From NCBI RefSeq assembly GCF_964204645.1, contig NC_134029.1, positions 16,424,950-16,488,949 of the forward strand: a stretch of 64,000 bases of DNA, written 5' to 3'. Source of the stretch: Tubulanus polymorphus. Lineage: Eukaryota > Animalia > Nemertea. The position numbers were made by a program, and so were the translations under genes. Positions 37,693 through 64,000 of this stretch are shown here, piece by piece. The first letter of the stretch is position 1. Each line of letters begins with the position of its first letter. Below the pieces are notes generated by a model. The model saw nothing but the letters and a program-made list of their open reading frames with translations. It was not told where the DNA came from and made no database searches.

Positions 37693-38868
37693 AGAATATT
37701 GATGATTTTCTTGTAATTCAACTTAAGATTTTTACCAGAGGATTTTTACGTGAGGAATATTTACTGGGGCGGGGATATTACAACATCGTCGTGGTTCAGT
37801 TTGTTGCACTGAACCGGTACCGTCCCTTGTACACGGATTGTGTCCAGTTAAAAACTCCAGGATGCAGCTGGTTGTATGACACGCAGCTAACTGAGGAAGA
37901 TGGACAGGAAGATAGGTGAACGGGTAATTCATATTTTGTTCATCAAGACTCGTGAGAAAAAAACTCGTGGGGAAATGTATACGAAGTCAACTAAATATTT
38001 TATATCGTAATTCATAATTTATTGTGAATCTATCATTGACCTCCTACGGTTCAAACCGGGATATTACCCATTTGACAGAGCGAAAAGATAGGAGGAAATA
38101 ATGTAATGAATCAACTACTATAACATCCTTTTGAAACCTTTCGCGAAATTTTAAACATATAATAAAGAAAGGTTTGAACAATGAATGTAACCAATAAAAG
38201 AGGTCATTAAGTGCAGAAATATTCGTTAACTCTGAATGGCAACAAATAGTTTGTGTGGCGTCAATAAACATTTTCTCTCTCTTCACACACAAACGCGAAA
38301 AAAGTGATGACGTCATCAACCATTCAGAAAGAGATTCCGATGGTCGGATTCAGAGAAAGAGCATCATTCAAAATACCTCTTATCAATTTACACAACGTCG
38401 GATGTAATACCCTAGTTTGTCTACTATACTATACAAAGTAAATGTGGTATGCAGTACTACGTACCAAACTACGTAGTTCAATCCCTCCCCAAGACACAAA
38501 TCTCATCAACATCCACAGTATAAATATATGAATCACGCGAAAAATTATATATAATTTATCATTTGAATTAATTATGGAATTAAATTAATCTGGACCTAAT
38601 CTTTATAATTAAATAGAAATTTTCATATTCTTAACAAATATTCTTTTTTAATTTAAAATCAACGAGTGCGCTTTACACAATTATTTGACTACTATACATT
38701 TTTACAAGCTATCTAACATGCTCTACTTCTAAAAAATATCTACACACTTTGTACAAACTTTACAATATATAACAATACAAAGTATTTACATTTTATACAG
38801 CGTATTTATACGATGTAATAAATCACAGTAAGCACAGTACTAGAGGAATGTTTACAGCAGGATATAAA

Positions 38869-41800
38869 TTATCGAATGATATTCATTTGCCGAACTTTTA
38901 ATCCAGTATTTGGGTTAAATGTGTCCATTTTAGTCGGTAATTCACGTTGTTGCGAGGCTAAAGTATCAACCACCGCAGGAATCTTTTCCAATCTGTCTCT
39001 AACATGAGTCGGTAACAATCCTGACTGACTATACCTAGAAATAAATCAACCAACAAATGATTAAATAATCAATACATCAAATAGAAATGATACATTAAAT
39101 ACCAGTTAACCTTGCTCATGCTCAGGGCTTAACTTGGATGATGAAACTTGGTAGATGGTTTTTGGTTCCAGAACATGGAATATTCAACCTTCTTGTCATT
39201 ATCAAGTACAGAATTTCAAGTTAAGCAATGTTTAACGCAAGGTTTCAGGATGAATACTTACTGTACGGATTGATTAAATGTATCAGTATAAGTAATAACA
39301 GTGCCGCTTGTAGTCGCAAATACGCTTAATTGTACTCCGTCATTAAACTGTACTAAAACTTCGCCATCGGAATATTGCGATGCCCATCCTACACCTGGTA
39401 CAAATACACTACACAGTGGCTGTGTCGTACGCAGTTTACTAGTTACAGGTTTACCTGCGCACACCTTAGGTACCAAATTCTCCTCATCTTCGAATGATTT
39501 CATCTGAAAATTAAATTCAAGTTTTAGTTATTGCCCAAATAATTTTAGTTAAATCTTGCTGTGGAGAGAGAATAAAACCATGCAACTTACCGATGTTTTA
39601 GGAGATTCTTGTTCATTCATATCGATACATTCAATTCTAGGCGGTGTTGTCGGTTGTTGAGACAGTAAACATTTTGGGGCGTTTCGTCTACCAATGACAG
39701 CAGGGAAACAGGATAAATCCGATGAGTCAATACCACTCAACAAAGATTCTATGTTCAAACAATGTTGACGACACTGAAAATCAAATTCAAACAATATTCA
39801 TTTTCAATGCTTTTTTTCTTAATTCAGACTTTAGATGAGAGATTGATGAATGTAGATGCGCACCTCTTGAGCATAATCGAACATTTCTCTGGATTCAGTC
39901 GATAAATGTTGAATATTAGCGTTATTCTCTAAAGTCATTGCTGTTCCGTCATTCTGTATTATTTTAGATGAATTCGCCGACATGTTTATTTTAGCTCCAT
40001 CATGGAATATCACTTGAAAATCGGGTGAATTTTCCATCAGCATGCACTTACACCGTTTAGTATATAAAGTCACTTTTGGCGTCATTGATTTTACCATTCT
40101 GACGAATCTGAAAATATTTTTTTCAAATGCAATTTAGAAAACTATGCATGAATTACTAGATAAACCGGCAATAAGAATTGACTTCTTACCTTTCTGCGTA
40201 TTGATATTTCTTCCAGTATCGTTGAGGTAAATTGCTATACGTGTATGTGGTTTTATCCTCAGGAATGGGTATCGGTTCCATTGCGATCGAACGGTTTTTT
40301 CGTGGTGGTTCATATACGGTTATAAACTGCCCGTCATTACTGATCCTGACCACTTCTTTGATTTTTTCTTTTTCATGTTTTGTTTGCAAGAATTCTAAAC
40401 AGACTTGATCATCGAGGATATGGACTACAGCATTACGGGTTTTCTGTCTGATCGGCCGGAGTCTCGTTACTTCTATCTGCGAGACAATGTCTTTTATAGT
40501 TTTCGTCTCGGCATTCGATTTGTTGTTGTGACAGGAATCGGTAGATATAACGCTAACGCTTGGTAACTGGTCTCTACTAGTTGTTGAAACAGTACTACTG
40601 TTGCTGTGGTGACTGATACGACCAATAGAGGTATCGCGACCGGATGTAGGTCTGTAACGTTCTGAGCTGCGGTTGCGTTGATATTGTCCGGAGTCAGAGC
40701 AGGTTGATATCGGAGGATGGGTTTGTCCGTCGAAGTTTGTAGATCTTGGAGCACGACCCTCGGAACAAGTAGACCTACGCCCCTCAGCGCTGTAAGCACT
40801 TCGAGAACGATGTGACCTGTTGCAGCCGCTGTGAGACCGGTGAGATCGTTGCCTACTGAAACTGTCCTCATAATTTTTTGGATTAAATTGCTTTTGTTGA
40901 GCGTCATTCCAATCCGGTAAACTGCGGGTTCGACTTTTACGCCCTCCCTGATAATAATTGCTACTGGTAAAATCGATGCTGGAAGCTCCGTATCCAGGGT
41001 GATCGCTAGTGAATACAGATCCTGCTGATACTGTGCTTCTGTTTGCGCTATGCTGTGACAGTGCGCGTTGTGAGCCGTCAGTACTGCTACAAATAAATAA
41101 GCATTATATGCATAAATTGACTTCTATCAATAAGTTTAAAATTCATAACAGATCTCTGATTCTAACAGGTGGTAGTTGAATTTTAGTTATACATGATGAT
41201 GTAAGTTAAATTCAAATTAAACACTAGAGACTTTATGCCAAGAGATGTTGAGTGGATTTTTAAGGAGAATTAGAATTGATCCCTGAGGATATAAAAGATA
41301 GGCATGCCCAGATGTGTCCACTGTGATGTAATCATAACAAAAGCTAATTCAGGGTTTAGATGGATATAAAATATTTATCTGTTATTGTTAGGTGGGTGAT
41401 TATTTCTCATTGAGACAGGGGGAGGGTTCCATCTGTCAATATCTACAGTAATTTAACATTATTGTTCCTAACTAAACTAATTGCTAGTATTCAACTAACT
41501 ATAGTAAATATTGTGTAATATCTGAGAAATAGAGGGGACAGGAAGGGTTTGTAAAAATATTGTTTTATTTTATGAGGAATTCAGTGGAATGAAGCAAGAA
41601 TTTGTTTGGGTATTATTTGAGTGAAACCTCATGGGAAGTAGGATGTTGAATGAGTGTGTCAAACACACTTTTGTCCCTACGGCATAGTGAAATTGCCCTC
41701 AAAAACAGACGTTGATTATATGAAACATTTATTTTAACAGCTAATGATTAAAAAAGGGCCCAATAGAAGGGATTGGATATATATACCCAGGCCAAACAGT

Positions 41801-44800
41801 TAATACTTACGATTTACTACTGAGTCTAACTGGAGGCGATAAACCGCGCTTTTCCTCATGAGATGAAATCCGAGTAGATTTCAACGTATCGTTAGTCTTC
41901 ATGCGTTTACCGCAAGGTAGTGTGGTCCGGGTTGACATGGTATCATTACCGCTATCTAATGATGATTCTTGTATCTATAAAACAATGTAAAATAATCATT
42001 GAATTATTTCTCAATGAAATGATACATTGATTTTAGACATTCAATCATATAGACATTTAAAAATATACCATTAATCTAGCTCACCTGTTTTCTACATTGT
42101 GAAATATGGGATCCGGTCATGAAGGGATGATCCAAAATTTCTAGAAAAAAAAAAAGAATTAAATATATATATAGATAGGCCTGTGAGATTAATATTCATG
42201 GGATGAATTGAGACAAATTTCTCTTTCCATTCAAAGTTAGCTCAGTCAGGGGTAGGAATCATCACAGGGGAGGGGGTTATTCGATAAATCATATAGATCA
42301 TAAAAACCAATAGGGGGTTGTACAACAATTAGCCTACAGGGGGCTGAACTGCCAGCTTAATTGAACTGTTTGTACATGTTAAATAGCATATTAATTACCA
42401 TATCCTGAGTAATTAACAACATTTATTATTGTATAATCAGAACTTACAACAGGTTACTACCCATGAGATTGAAATGTTTTAAGAGACGGCAACATTATAT
42501 ACATTCATAATAATCACGAACTCTATGAATATCTTAATGTTCAATTTCAAGCTATTCTAAATTCAGAGTGAACTGCTAGACCTATTTTGAATTTTGAATT
42601 CAACCGCTTCTTTGCTTACTGAAGAATGGCCTAGATTGTTTGATTTAGAGATATTCTCCTCACTTTCACCTAGACAGAACATTGGCAGACAGTGAAAGAC
42701 TAGAACCTGTTTACATTTAATTGACATCCTATTGTATGTTGTAGACAAAGAGATAACAATACTATAGGTAAACAGGTTGTATAGAAAATTCACTGCCCAT
42801 GCTCAAATAAAACAGGTCCGCCATAGCGAACCCCTCTCTGCAGTTCAGTTTACTCCACATACACATTACATCACTGTAAACTGTAAGGTAACCCTAAACC
42901 TCTTCCTCAGGTAACCCTAACCCCTTCTCACACTTTCACAAAAATTAATTACGATTCATTAGAGTCTGATTACACTCTCCCTGCAGGAAATTTTATGACT
43001 AGGCATACTAATATCATTCTTCAAATCCTTCAAAGAGCCAATAAAATCTATTCAAAATTAATTCTGTTAAACGAAGATGAGGAGAGTACATTTAGGGTTA
43101 TTCAGTGCAGACCCAGTTTTGTGGATAAATAAATCAACTTTAAATTCAAGAATCGAGAAGTCATAGCTAAAATGCTATATTTCCAACCATGACTGGTTTT
43201 TGAATAATGCTAGAAGGCAAAGCAATAGGGACAGGTGGAATCTTAAACAATAAAAACAAGAAAATTCCATCACTTAACAATGCAAACTGATTTACATACA
43301 ATACCACTGCACAACACACAAAAAACGACAAGCAATAGGTTTTTTTATAGGTCTAAAGTTCATGACCAAATCGGAAAAGATCGGAGCTATGATTTATGAG
43401 GGAAACTGAGGGAGGTTGCATGATGTAAACTAGATATTTATAATTTTTAAATCTCAACGGCCGTTAAAACACCTGATGAATACAACCTGTTTTGAGATCA
43501 GTTCACCCCAACCGTCTGTTATTATTCAAATGCATGCAAAGCATCTTAAAGATGTTCTATCCAAAATATAGAACAGATGAAGACTATAGACTAGCCAGCA
43601 GGTTGCTATAATTGCCATACACATTTTCTTTACAAACTGAGGCCTTTACATTTAGTACAAATGTAAAGTTCATCACAATAACATTGTTTAAATTCCATGC
43701 AATGGAATAAACACAATAGACTGCCCACTATATCAAACCAATAATTCATAGAAGCTTACCTTTTAAACTGAGACGTTCTTTAGGATTTTTCTTCAGTAAC
43801 GACTGTATAAGATGTTTAGCATCCGTAGACAAATGATGAGGAATATCAAATTTAGCTGAGATCACTTTATTCAAGGTGCTTTTTACCGCCATCGTATCAA
43901 ATGGAGGTCGGCCGACTAGAAACGTATATAACATGCATCCCAGAGACCAAACATCAGCTTCTAATCCATGAGCTGTTCTCATCGCTATTTCACTGAATAA
44001 AAAAAATAAAAAAAATATTCACATAAACATTCCTTCTTTTAATGCAAATTGTAAAAAAAATCAACAACAACATAATCCTTTAATAATTCAAACTTACGGG
44101 GAGATATAGTTTGGAGTTCCACACATTGTGAAATGTTTTTCATCGGGAACCTCGAGTTGAGTAGCCAATCCAAAATCGGCAATTTTCTGAAAAACAACAT
44201 TTCAAATCATCATTACCCACGCTCACGCAAAAAGGATGAAAGGCATTTTAGGAGGATGAAAGGCATTTTGATAAAATGATGTCAGAAAATGAATAAAAGA
44301 GATTAGTGAACCGTGTATAATATACAGGTGCCTGGTATCAACTGACAATAGGGAACCTGTCTTACTCAGCCATACAGGTGCATCTCATCTCTATTCAACT
44401 AGCGATGGGAAAAACATCATACTAGACAAACAACTACACTCACCACTTCCATATCTTTAGTAAGAAGTAGATTAGCCAAAGTGAGGTCTCTGTGTAAAAT
44501 ACGATGACTGTGTAAATATAATAATCCATCTACGATATGTCGTAGGAAATGTCTGGCTTCATCTTCACTCAGTATCTTACAATGTTGTTTTAAATATCTG
44601 TATAGTTCTCCATTATGACAAATTTCCAGTACCAAATAGACATAATTTGCATCTTCGAAATAACTATACAACTAAAATACAGAGAAAATATGTATGTCAA
44701 TAATAAGCTATTTAAATAATCTCATTTCAAAATGTCTGTCTTCAATGTTTTGTTTCAATTACCTCTAAAATTGTGGGATGTTTGAGTCGGGAATGGATTT

Positions 44801-46284
44801 CAACCTCTTTTTTTACTCTGTCCACCATGCAAGCAGCGTGCATCAGTTTCTTATCAATCTGAAAATCAAAATGCAAATTTATTCTTCCATTCAATGATCA
44901 TGCATAAATAAGCATAATTGTGGCAATTGGAGACAAGTGCTAGTGAGCTGAGCAACTAAATCACATAGATACACCTGTGAAACCAAAACCACTTGGTAAT
45001 TAATAGGTAATTATCAGTCAACAATCAATACAATAGGCAATGCATTAGAGATGTAGGCAGCCTCATTAGTTCAAGTGATAATTAAGATGCAAATATTTTG
45101 TAATATTCTGTAAACAATAATTAGCCTAGCAAGAGCACGGAGACTGACACTAACCATTTTGATAGCTACTTCTTGTCCAGTAGTAATTGACCGCGCCCGA
45201 TAAACGCACGCAAATCCTCCTTTGCCCAACAAGTTGAGGACCTCAAAATCCTAAAAGTGAAAAAAAAAATCATTGTAAAATGCGAGATAAACATCTTGCA
45301 TAATTCTGGCCAGCATATCATCCAGCGAACCACGGGTCCCTAGATAATCATGGTATGTTGTTATTCAAATTGATATAGGTCATGAATATTTGACTGGATC
45401 TGATAACGCATGTCTGAGCAAGAATATACCTATTCTCTTAATAAATATACATACAATGATGGTTGCACATACATCAATGGTTAAATCTCAGAATTTAGAA
45501 TATGGTACCGTTAAATACCAGAAAACCCTGCAATAGCCCGTGATGAAATTAGATGATCCATAAATAATGTACATTACCAAAATACTATCATGTCCAATTA
45601 ATAAAGTCATTGACATTTTCTAGTTTGAAATGAATGCTAGTCAAAAAGACCTGATATAAAATTCTGATAAATCCTAACTAAGTGCGAACTGGTCCGTTGG
45701 AAAAAAAACAGAAAATGGTAAATTTTTGACAAGTGTCACAATATATATATATCTAGGCCTAATAGTCAGATAAATTTTTTTGATATCTGATTGCAGATCA
45801 ACCAACGTACCTCAATGCATTCACCTATATCATCATAAACTGACATGATTAAAACACAATGACTAGAATCTTAAATAGCACTCCCGAGATTCCTGAAATA
45901 AAAATAACTCGACGACTCGGAGCTGCCGAAGGCTGCGCGAACTGATGACTGTTCAGTTGCTAGATTGAGACTGATGACCGCTAAAACAATCAGTCCCGTA
46001 TATATATGCTAAGTGACAACTGGATTTAGGTAATCCGCCTAGCTTGGCAAACTAATCAGGATTGACTATTTTGACAATTAATGCTGTAGACTGGAACGTC
46101 AATCTCAGACTGTAAACAAACATCGGGCGAGCAATATCTACATACTACGGACTCACTAAGTTACTTGCGTCGTGATTAATTATAGACAAACTATACCAAT
46201 TAACGAGTACACAAGCCAATCACATGAATAATTACAGTATCCACTCACCTCTATCGTATCACCCATTCCTGAAATCGATGTCAT
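38869..46284 (-). CDS. PLK4: Polo-like kinase 4 (SAK), multi-exon
   Basis: Minus-strand exons: 46284-46249 (or 45846-45811), 45250-45155, 44858-44763, 44671-44444, 44186-44098, 43992-43760, 42140-42085, 41974-41811, 41086-40190, 40107-39864, 39773-39591, 39503-39262, 39034-38869 (TAA). Kinase motifs [37 protein letters not shown] beta-TrCP/Slimb degron follows the kinase domain. Cryptic polo boxes ([14 protein letters not shown]...YWKKYQYA...[11 protein letters not shown]) and PB3 ([10 protein letters not shown]). Confidence 0.96.
45811..45846 (-). CDS. PLK4: Second, homologous PLK4 first coding exon ([12 protein letters not shown])
   Basis: ATG plus 36 nt ending GAG|gtacgt, phase 0. Same length and same G-x-x-I-E ending as exon 46284-46249 ([12 protein letters not shown]). 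Confidence 0.7.
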
Positions 46285-59412
<13,128 letters not shown>

Positions 59413-60831
59413 GTTAGTTCCCTTCTCTTTCACCTCATCCCTCCCTCACCCCCCTCAATTCATACAATCCACCTGTCGAACCATCTATTGTTAATGGCAT
59501 TTGATATCTACTGAGAAAGGCGATATCATTCTCGCTTTTGGAGATTGGTAAAAGATTTATGACAATATCTGAATGACGCAGCCTCAAAAACATGATAAGA
59601 AAACTTTGTGAGGTATGATCAATTTCATCAAAGACTAGACAGTAAAGGTGATAAATTCTCCCAGGATGGATTGAGATGATGTGAATTTTTCACATGATAG
59701 ATGTTCAATTCTAAGATAAGTCAAAATCACCGTTGGTTCATTGTTTCTTGTTGCTATGTCTTCCTCGCAGCTGTGATTTAAAATGAATTTCAATAATCGG
59801 TGCATCAAATGTCTGAATTATGCGTTATCAGCGAATATACCGTCAGTGAGTGAGTGCATTGTGATTCATGCAGTGTTAAATGTCAAGTGTTTGGAAAGTG
59901 TTTACCAGGTTTTTTTATCTCTGACAGTCGATTTTGAGTGGTAGAAGAATTTGAATCTCACAACGAAAATTCCTTTACATGAATGTTGTTTGTTTAAAAT
60001 CGTACGACTGTATTTTAAATTTCCCAAACAAACCATAGGTGGTGTGATTTCAAAAGTTTTAATATCGACTCAAATAATTCAAAAATTATAAATTGCACAA
60101 TTGGGAATTATAGACATGCTTCTTAGTTTTGAAAAAAGTGCCATTTGGTTTTCATTCATTGACAATAGATAAAACATTATTTGACTACTATGGGAACTAG
60201 ACAACATGGTGTCTTCTAATCTATATTCAAGTGTCCGAGCTTACCATAATCTATGGTAATCTCAGTTTAGTTTGTGATATCAAATATTGATAGGGATTTG
60301 ATATTGACTTGTGGTTGGTGTTATTGTTTCTATGCTCGATGTTTGTTGTCAAAGACATATCTTAGTTTTAAGGAGGTTCGTTCGATGAACATCTTTATGT
60401 GGTCGATTTGCCAGTGCAGTGATTATGTTATTTTCTATTTTGTTGATGGGCGTTTTTGTTAAGTCAGAATTTTTTCCAAATTCTCAAAGAAAACTTACCT
60501 TAAGGTTACGTCAGATGTAATGGTTAGTCAGTAGCATAGTTTTTGTTGTGTCCTCTTGAAAAGATGTTTTACGAGCTGTTAGCACAACATCACTCATTAC
60601 ATCACACGTCACGTTGCCAAATGATTTATGCAGGCTTAATATAGATGAATTGGAAAGTGATTGAACTCTATTGAGTTATATTTTAAGTAGCACGTTATAG
60701 TAGAATAAGCATGAAGTAAAACGCGATCATTTGGTACTGATTTATTCTGACCCTTTGCGAGGAACCTTGCAATGTCGGGATGTGAAGTCTTAATTGAATC
60801 GATGCCACAAAACTTATGCCAGTAAACATTT

Positions 60832-61537
60832 AATTACTTGTTTTTCATTGTCTCAAAATTATTTGTGAATTATGAAGTATGTGTGAAGAGTGATTGTGAG
60901 TGGCTAAAACGACGATCACGGTGAGATGAGACTTTTGAATATTCAAAATTTTATTTCGATAAGGGTGTCCCATCAACACGACACATTAACGAGTTATCCT
61001 GTTATACAGATACACAAAAAATGAATATCCTCTTGTTGAGTTTCTCTTTCCTTAAAAAAAAACGTTCCCAACGGTGGAAATGCTGCACTTTCACCCCATG
61101 AATTCTGATTCAGTTTTGATTCTATTTTTGAGAATTATGTCAATAAATGATTGTGAATAGTTTGACCTTCTATCTATTAGTTAGAATTACTTGTTTTTCA
61201 TTGTCTCAAAATTATTTGTGAATTATGAAGTATGTGTGAAGAGTGATTGTGAGTGGCTAAAACGACGATCACGGTGAGATGAGACTTTTGAATATTCAAA
61301 ATTTTATTTCGATAAGGGTGTCCCATCAACACGACACATTAACGAGTTATCCTGTTATACAGATACACAAAAAATGAATATCCTCTTGTTGAGTTTCTCT
61401 TTCCTTAAAAAAAAACGTTCCCAACGGTGGAAATGCTGCACTTTCACCCCATGAATTCTGATTCAGTTTTGATTCTATTTTTGAGAGTTATGTCAATAAA
61501 TGATTGTGAATAGTTTGACCTTCTATCTATTAGTTAG
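60832..61537. repeat. 353-bp near-perfect tandem duplication
   Basis: 60832-61184 is repeated at 61185-61537; only one substitution noticed by eye. Confidence 0.9.
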
Positions 61538-62077
61538 TGTTTATCAACCTTATCTGTTTGCTTACCTCTTTCAATCTATTCTATTCATTCGTTTATCTCG
61601 AGTTTGAGCTATGTATCCGAATCAACCAGACAATTCCGTTAAAATTCAAAATTTGACACTTTATTTGACACCTTATATGTTTGATTATTCGTTGTTATAG
61701 TCAAACGTGGTTAGTGAAGTCCATATTGTGGTTGACTGACTGATTTTCAACGATGGATGCAAAATAACTTTTAAAAAATTCGATAAAAATTCCACGGAAC
61801 CCTATTCGAACATTTTTATTGCCATTTGGTGTACAGTAAAATTCCTTTTGATTTCCTTGTAATATGAAATACATTTATCGCCATATATAGTACTGTGTCA
61901 GAAAATGGTCTGCATTTTTTACCTTCATTGTAGTAATTCATTGACTTCATGTTGATTTTTTGGTCGAATATCGAATATCTATCGAATTGTAGAGAAACGA
62001 AAAATGTCGGTAAAATGCCTGGTACATATTTAACCAGGGTACCAATGAGTCAATTTTTAGCCCACCTGGGACTTCTC

Positions 62078-63843
62078 TTATTAGGGTTTTCTGTTACATC
62101 ACAGAAAACCCTATTGAGATTCGCGTGTTTCTTATTATTATTATTTTATGTCACACTATTTTCACTAAAAGAACTAAGGCTTTGTTACCTTGCCGCTGTT
62201 GTCGATACAATCCGTATGATATCGTTCAGCTCACTGAGATCTACAAATACTCCGCGTGTTTTTTCATGAATCATCGTTACAAAAGCACTGTCGGGCCGTA
62301 AACATTGAAAATTTAGCCCCATTCAATGGGGCGACATGTTTTTCGAGTCATCATCCCGAAATCAACCCGAAGGCCGATTGTCACTTCGATTATCAATTCT
62401 AGTTTAAATGAACTAATTTATTGCCACAGACTTCACATTCAGCCGCGGTCTTCAAACAGTAATTTTAACAATAGCCCATTTTCCTCATCAAATCATATTA
62501 CAGATACACTGGAAATTTACTACTTTAGATTTTAAAAGCACTTTCAAGCCGTAAACATCGACGAATCGACGTGTGTCACTACATCGTCGTTCCGGGGATC
62601 AGCTGCGAGTTTCTCCTCATCATGAGAATCAAATCGAGTACAAATTAATTTGATACTACCAGTGATTTGGCTGCGGGTTTCAAGGAGTTAGTTTAATAAT
62701 ACCTATTTTTCTTTACCAAATTAACCGTGTATTTACTAAGATAAATCTTTAGTGTACCGGGGAGTCGTAGGCCTAAACTAAACACGCCGAAGATATAGCG
62801 GAGAAAAGCTGTTATGTCGACGAGGTATCAAAATAAAAGAATATATTACTTTATTCGGCCGCGGGCTTCAACCTCTATATCAATACCATCAATTCTCTAT
62901 ATTTCCTACAGTACATACCGATCATTGTCAAATGCACAAGGTATTTACTAAATACAAGTATATAAAACACTCTTATCCGTATGTTGGACTCACACTTGAC
63001 ATTCGGAGTAAGCGTTCGCTGTGGGGGAAAGGAGATCGTTCGCTGTGTCGCTTGAAGTGTTAAACGAGTTTTACTCGACCTTAAGGCTTTAGGCCTACCG
63101 GTACTGACATTTACTGTCTCAAACAAACACAGTATAAATGTTGCGTTTATTAACGGACTCATTGGATTGAACTTCAAAACAAAATTTACGATATTTAGGA
63201 GTGTTGTTATTCAATAGGCCTACGACAAATCAGTCCGGATGTTAGGCCTACGCATATACATAGGCTTACATAGGCTAGTAGCCTCTACTAGGTTAAAGCT
63301 AAGTTCACTGTATAGGAGGAACCAGATTTATTAAAATGCATTTTAATTAGTGATTAACTGGTTCTGACTTGCAACGATCAATCGCAATTATCTATTTCAT
63401 TGGCAAAAATGAAGATTTGTTTTGAAAATTTCGTCTGAGCAGACAGCTTTATAAGCCAGACTTTTCATTTGAGTTTTTTCATCATAAATGAAACTGGTAT
63501 TTCATTAATTCCTAATGAGTTTAGGCGGGCGTAGGTCAGCTTTGCGACGGCTTGTGACTCACTGCGACGCCATTGACTGCGACTGCCAGCGACGATTGTG
63601 TCACAACGACTCATCGACCTACGCTCCCTTGCGAAGGGTTGCGACTGTCAGCAACGCCAGTTTCAAGGAGTCACACGTGTTCTACTTTCTGCGACGCGAC
63701 ACGACTGTCACAACCGACCTACGCGCTCTTGCGACTGGCAGAAACTAGTTGCACACAATCGTATCGCAACCGACTTGCACCGAAACTTGCGATGCAACGC
63801 GAGGATCGCATCGCGTCACAAGGCCGACCTACGTCCGGCTTTA
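62078..63843 (+). mobile_element. Helentron-type non-autonomous element (family C) carrying a Harbinger MITE
   Basis: Inverted copy of 1-1493; starts right after a truncated family B 5' end (62053-62077). May extend beyond 63843. Confidence 0.7.
63523..63840. mobile_element. PIF/Harbinger MITE
   Basis: TIR AG(G/C)CGGGCGTAGGTC(A/G)GC / GCCGACCTACGTCCGGCT followed by TTA; rich in TGCGAC/GTCGCA subterminal motifs; the same end followed by TAA is at 26-49. Confidence 0.8.
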
Positions 63844-64000
63844 AGTTACTGCGGAGCCCCAGAAATATCTTTTTTTTCGTTCAAATGACCTTTCGCTTGA
63901 AAATTCTTTCGTCGAAACAAAATTTATTTCGTTCCAACCAATAATATTCTTTTCGATAGTACCAATTCGAAAAATCGTTAGAACAAAGTTGAACAAACTT

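Noticed and set aside
40494-40907. 137-aa ORF
   Set aside because: Alternative frame of the large Ser/Arg-rich PLK4 linker exon.
59413-62050. Remaining HSP110 C-terminal exons or intronic snoRNAs
   Set aside because: No frame with the expected E-x-W-L-Y-E segment and no convincing C/D or H/ACA box pairs found by eye.
63515-63944. Three overlapping ORFs (also 9791-10006, 350-538, 62875-63177)
   Set aside because: Chance ORFs within MITE/HINE repeats; no domain similarity.

Overview
AT-rich, intron-rich animal (invertebrate-type) genomic DNA. Three protein-coding genes can be rebuilt exon by exon. (1) A six-MBD copper-transporting P1B-ATPase (ATP7, + strand, about 3202-28167). (2) Polo-like kinase 4 (PLK4, - strand, 46284-38869). 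(3) An HSP110/HSPA4-family chaperone (+ strand from 46924, with its 3' exons outside the window), head-to-head with PLK4 across about 640 bp. Introns and intergenic DNA carry many TE remnants: Helentron-type non-autonomous elements (HINE/DINE-like, at least 4 families), PIF/Harbinger, Mutator, piggyBac, Tc1/pogo and hAT-like MITEs, a CR1 LINE tail, a Penelope fragment and a decayed THAP-HTH transposase. Most interesting: PLK4 has two homologous, tandem 12-codon first coding exons; the shared PLK4/HSP110 promoter has a 10-bp-phased heat-shock element beside CHR/CCAAT cell-cycle motifs; three 23-32 bp palindromes with 7-bp TSDs look like P-superfamily excision footprints; and a Penelope-derived palindrome carries back-to-back minimal hammerhead ribozymes. 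All calls come from manual reading; no searches or alignments were run.
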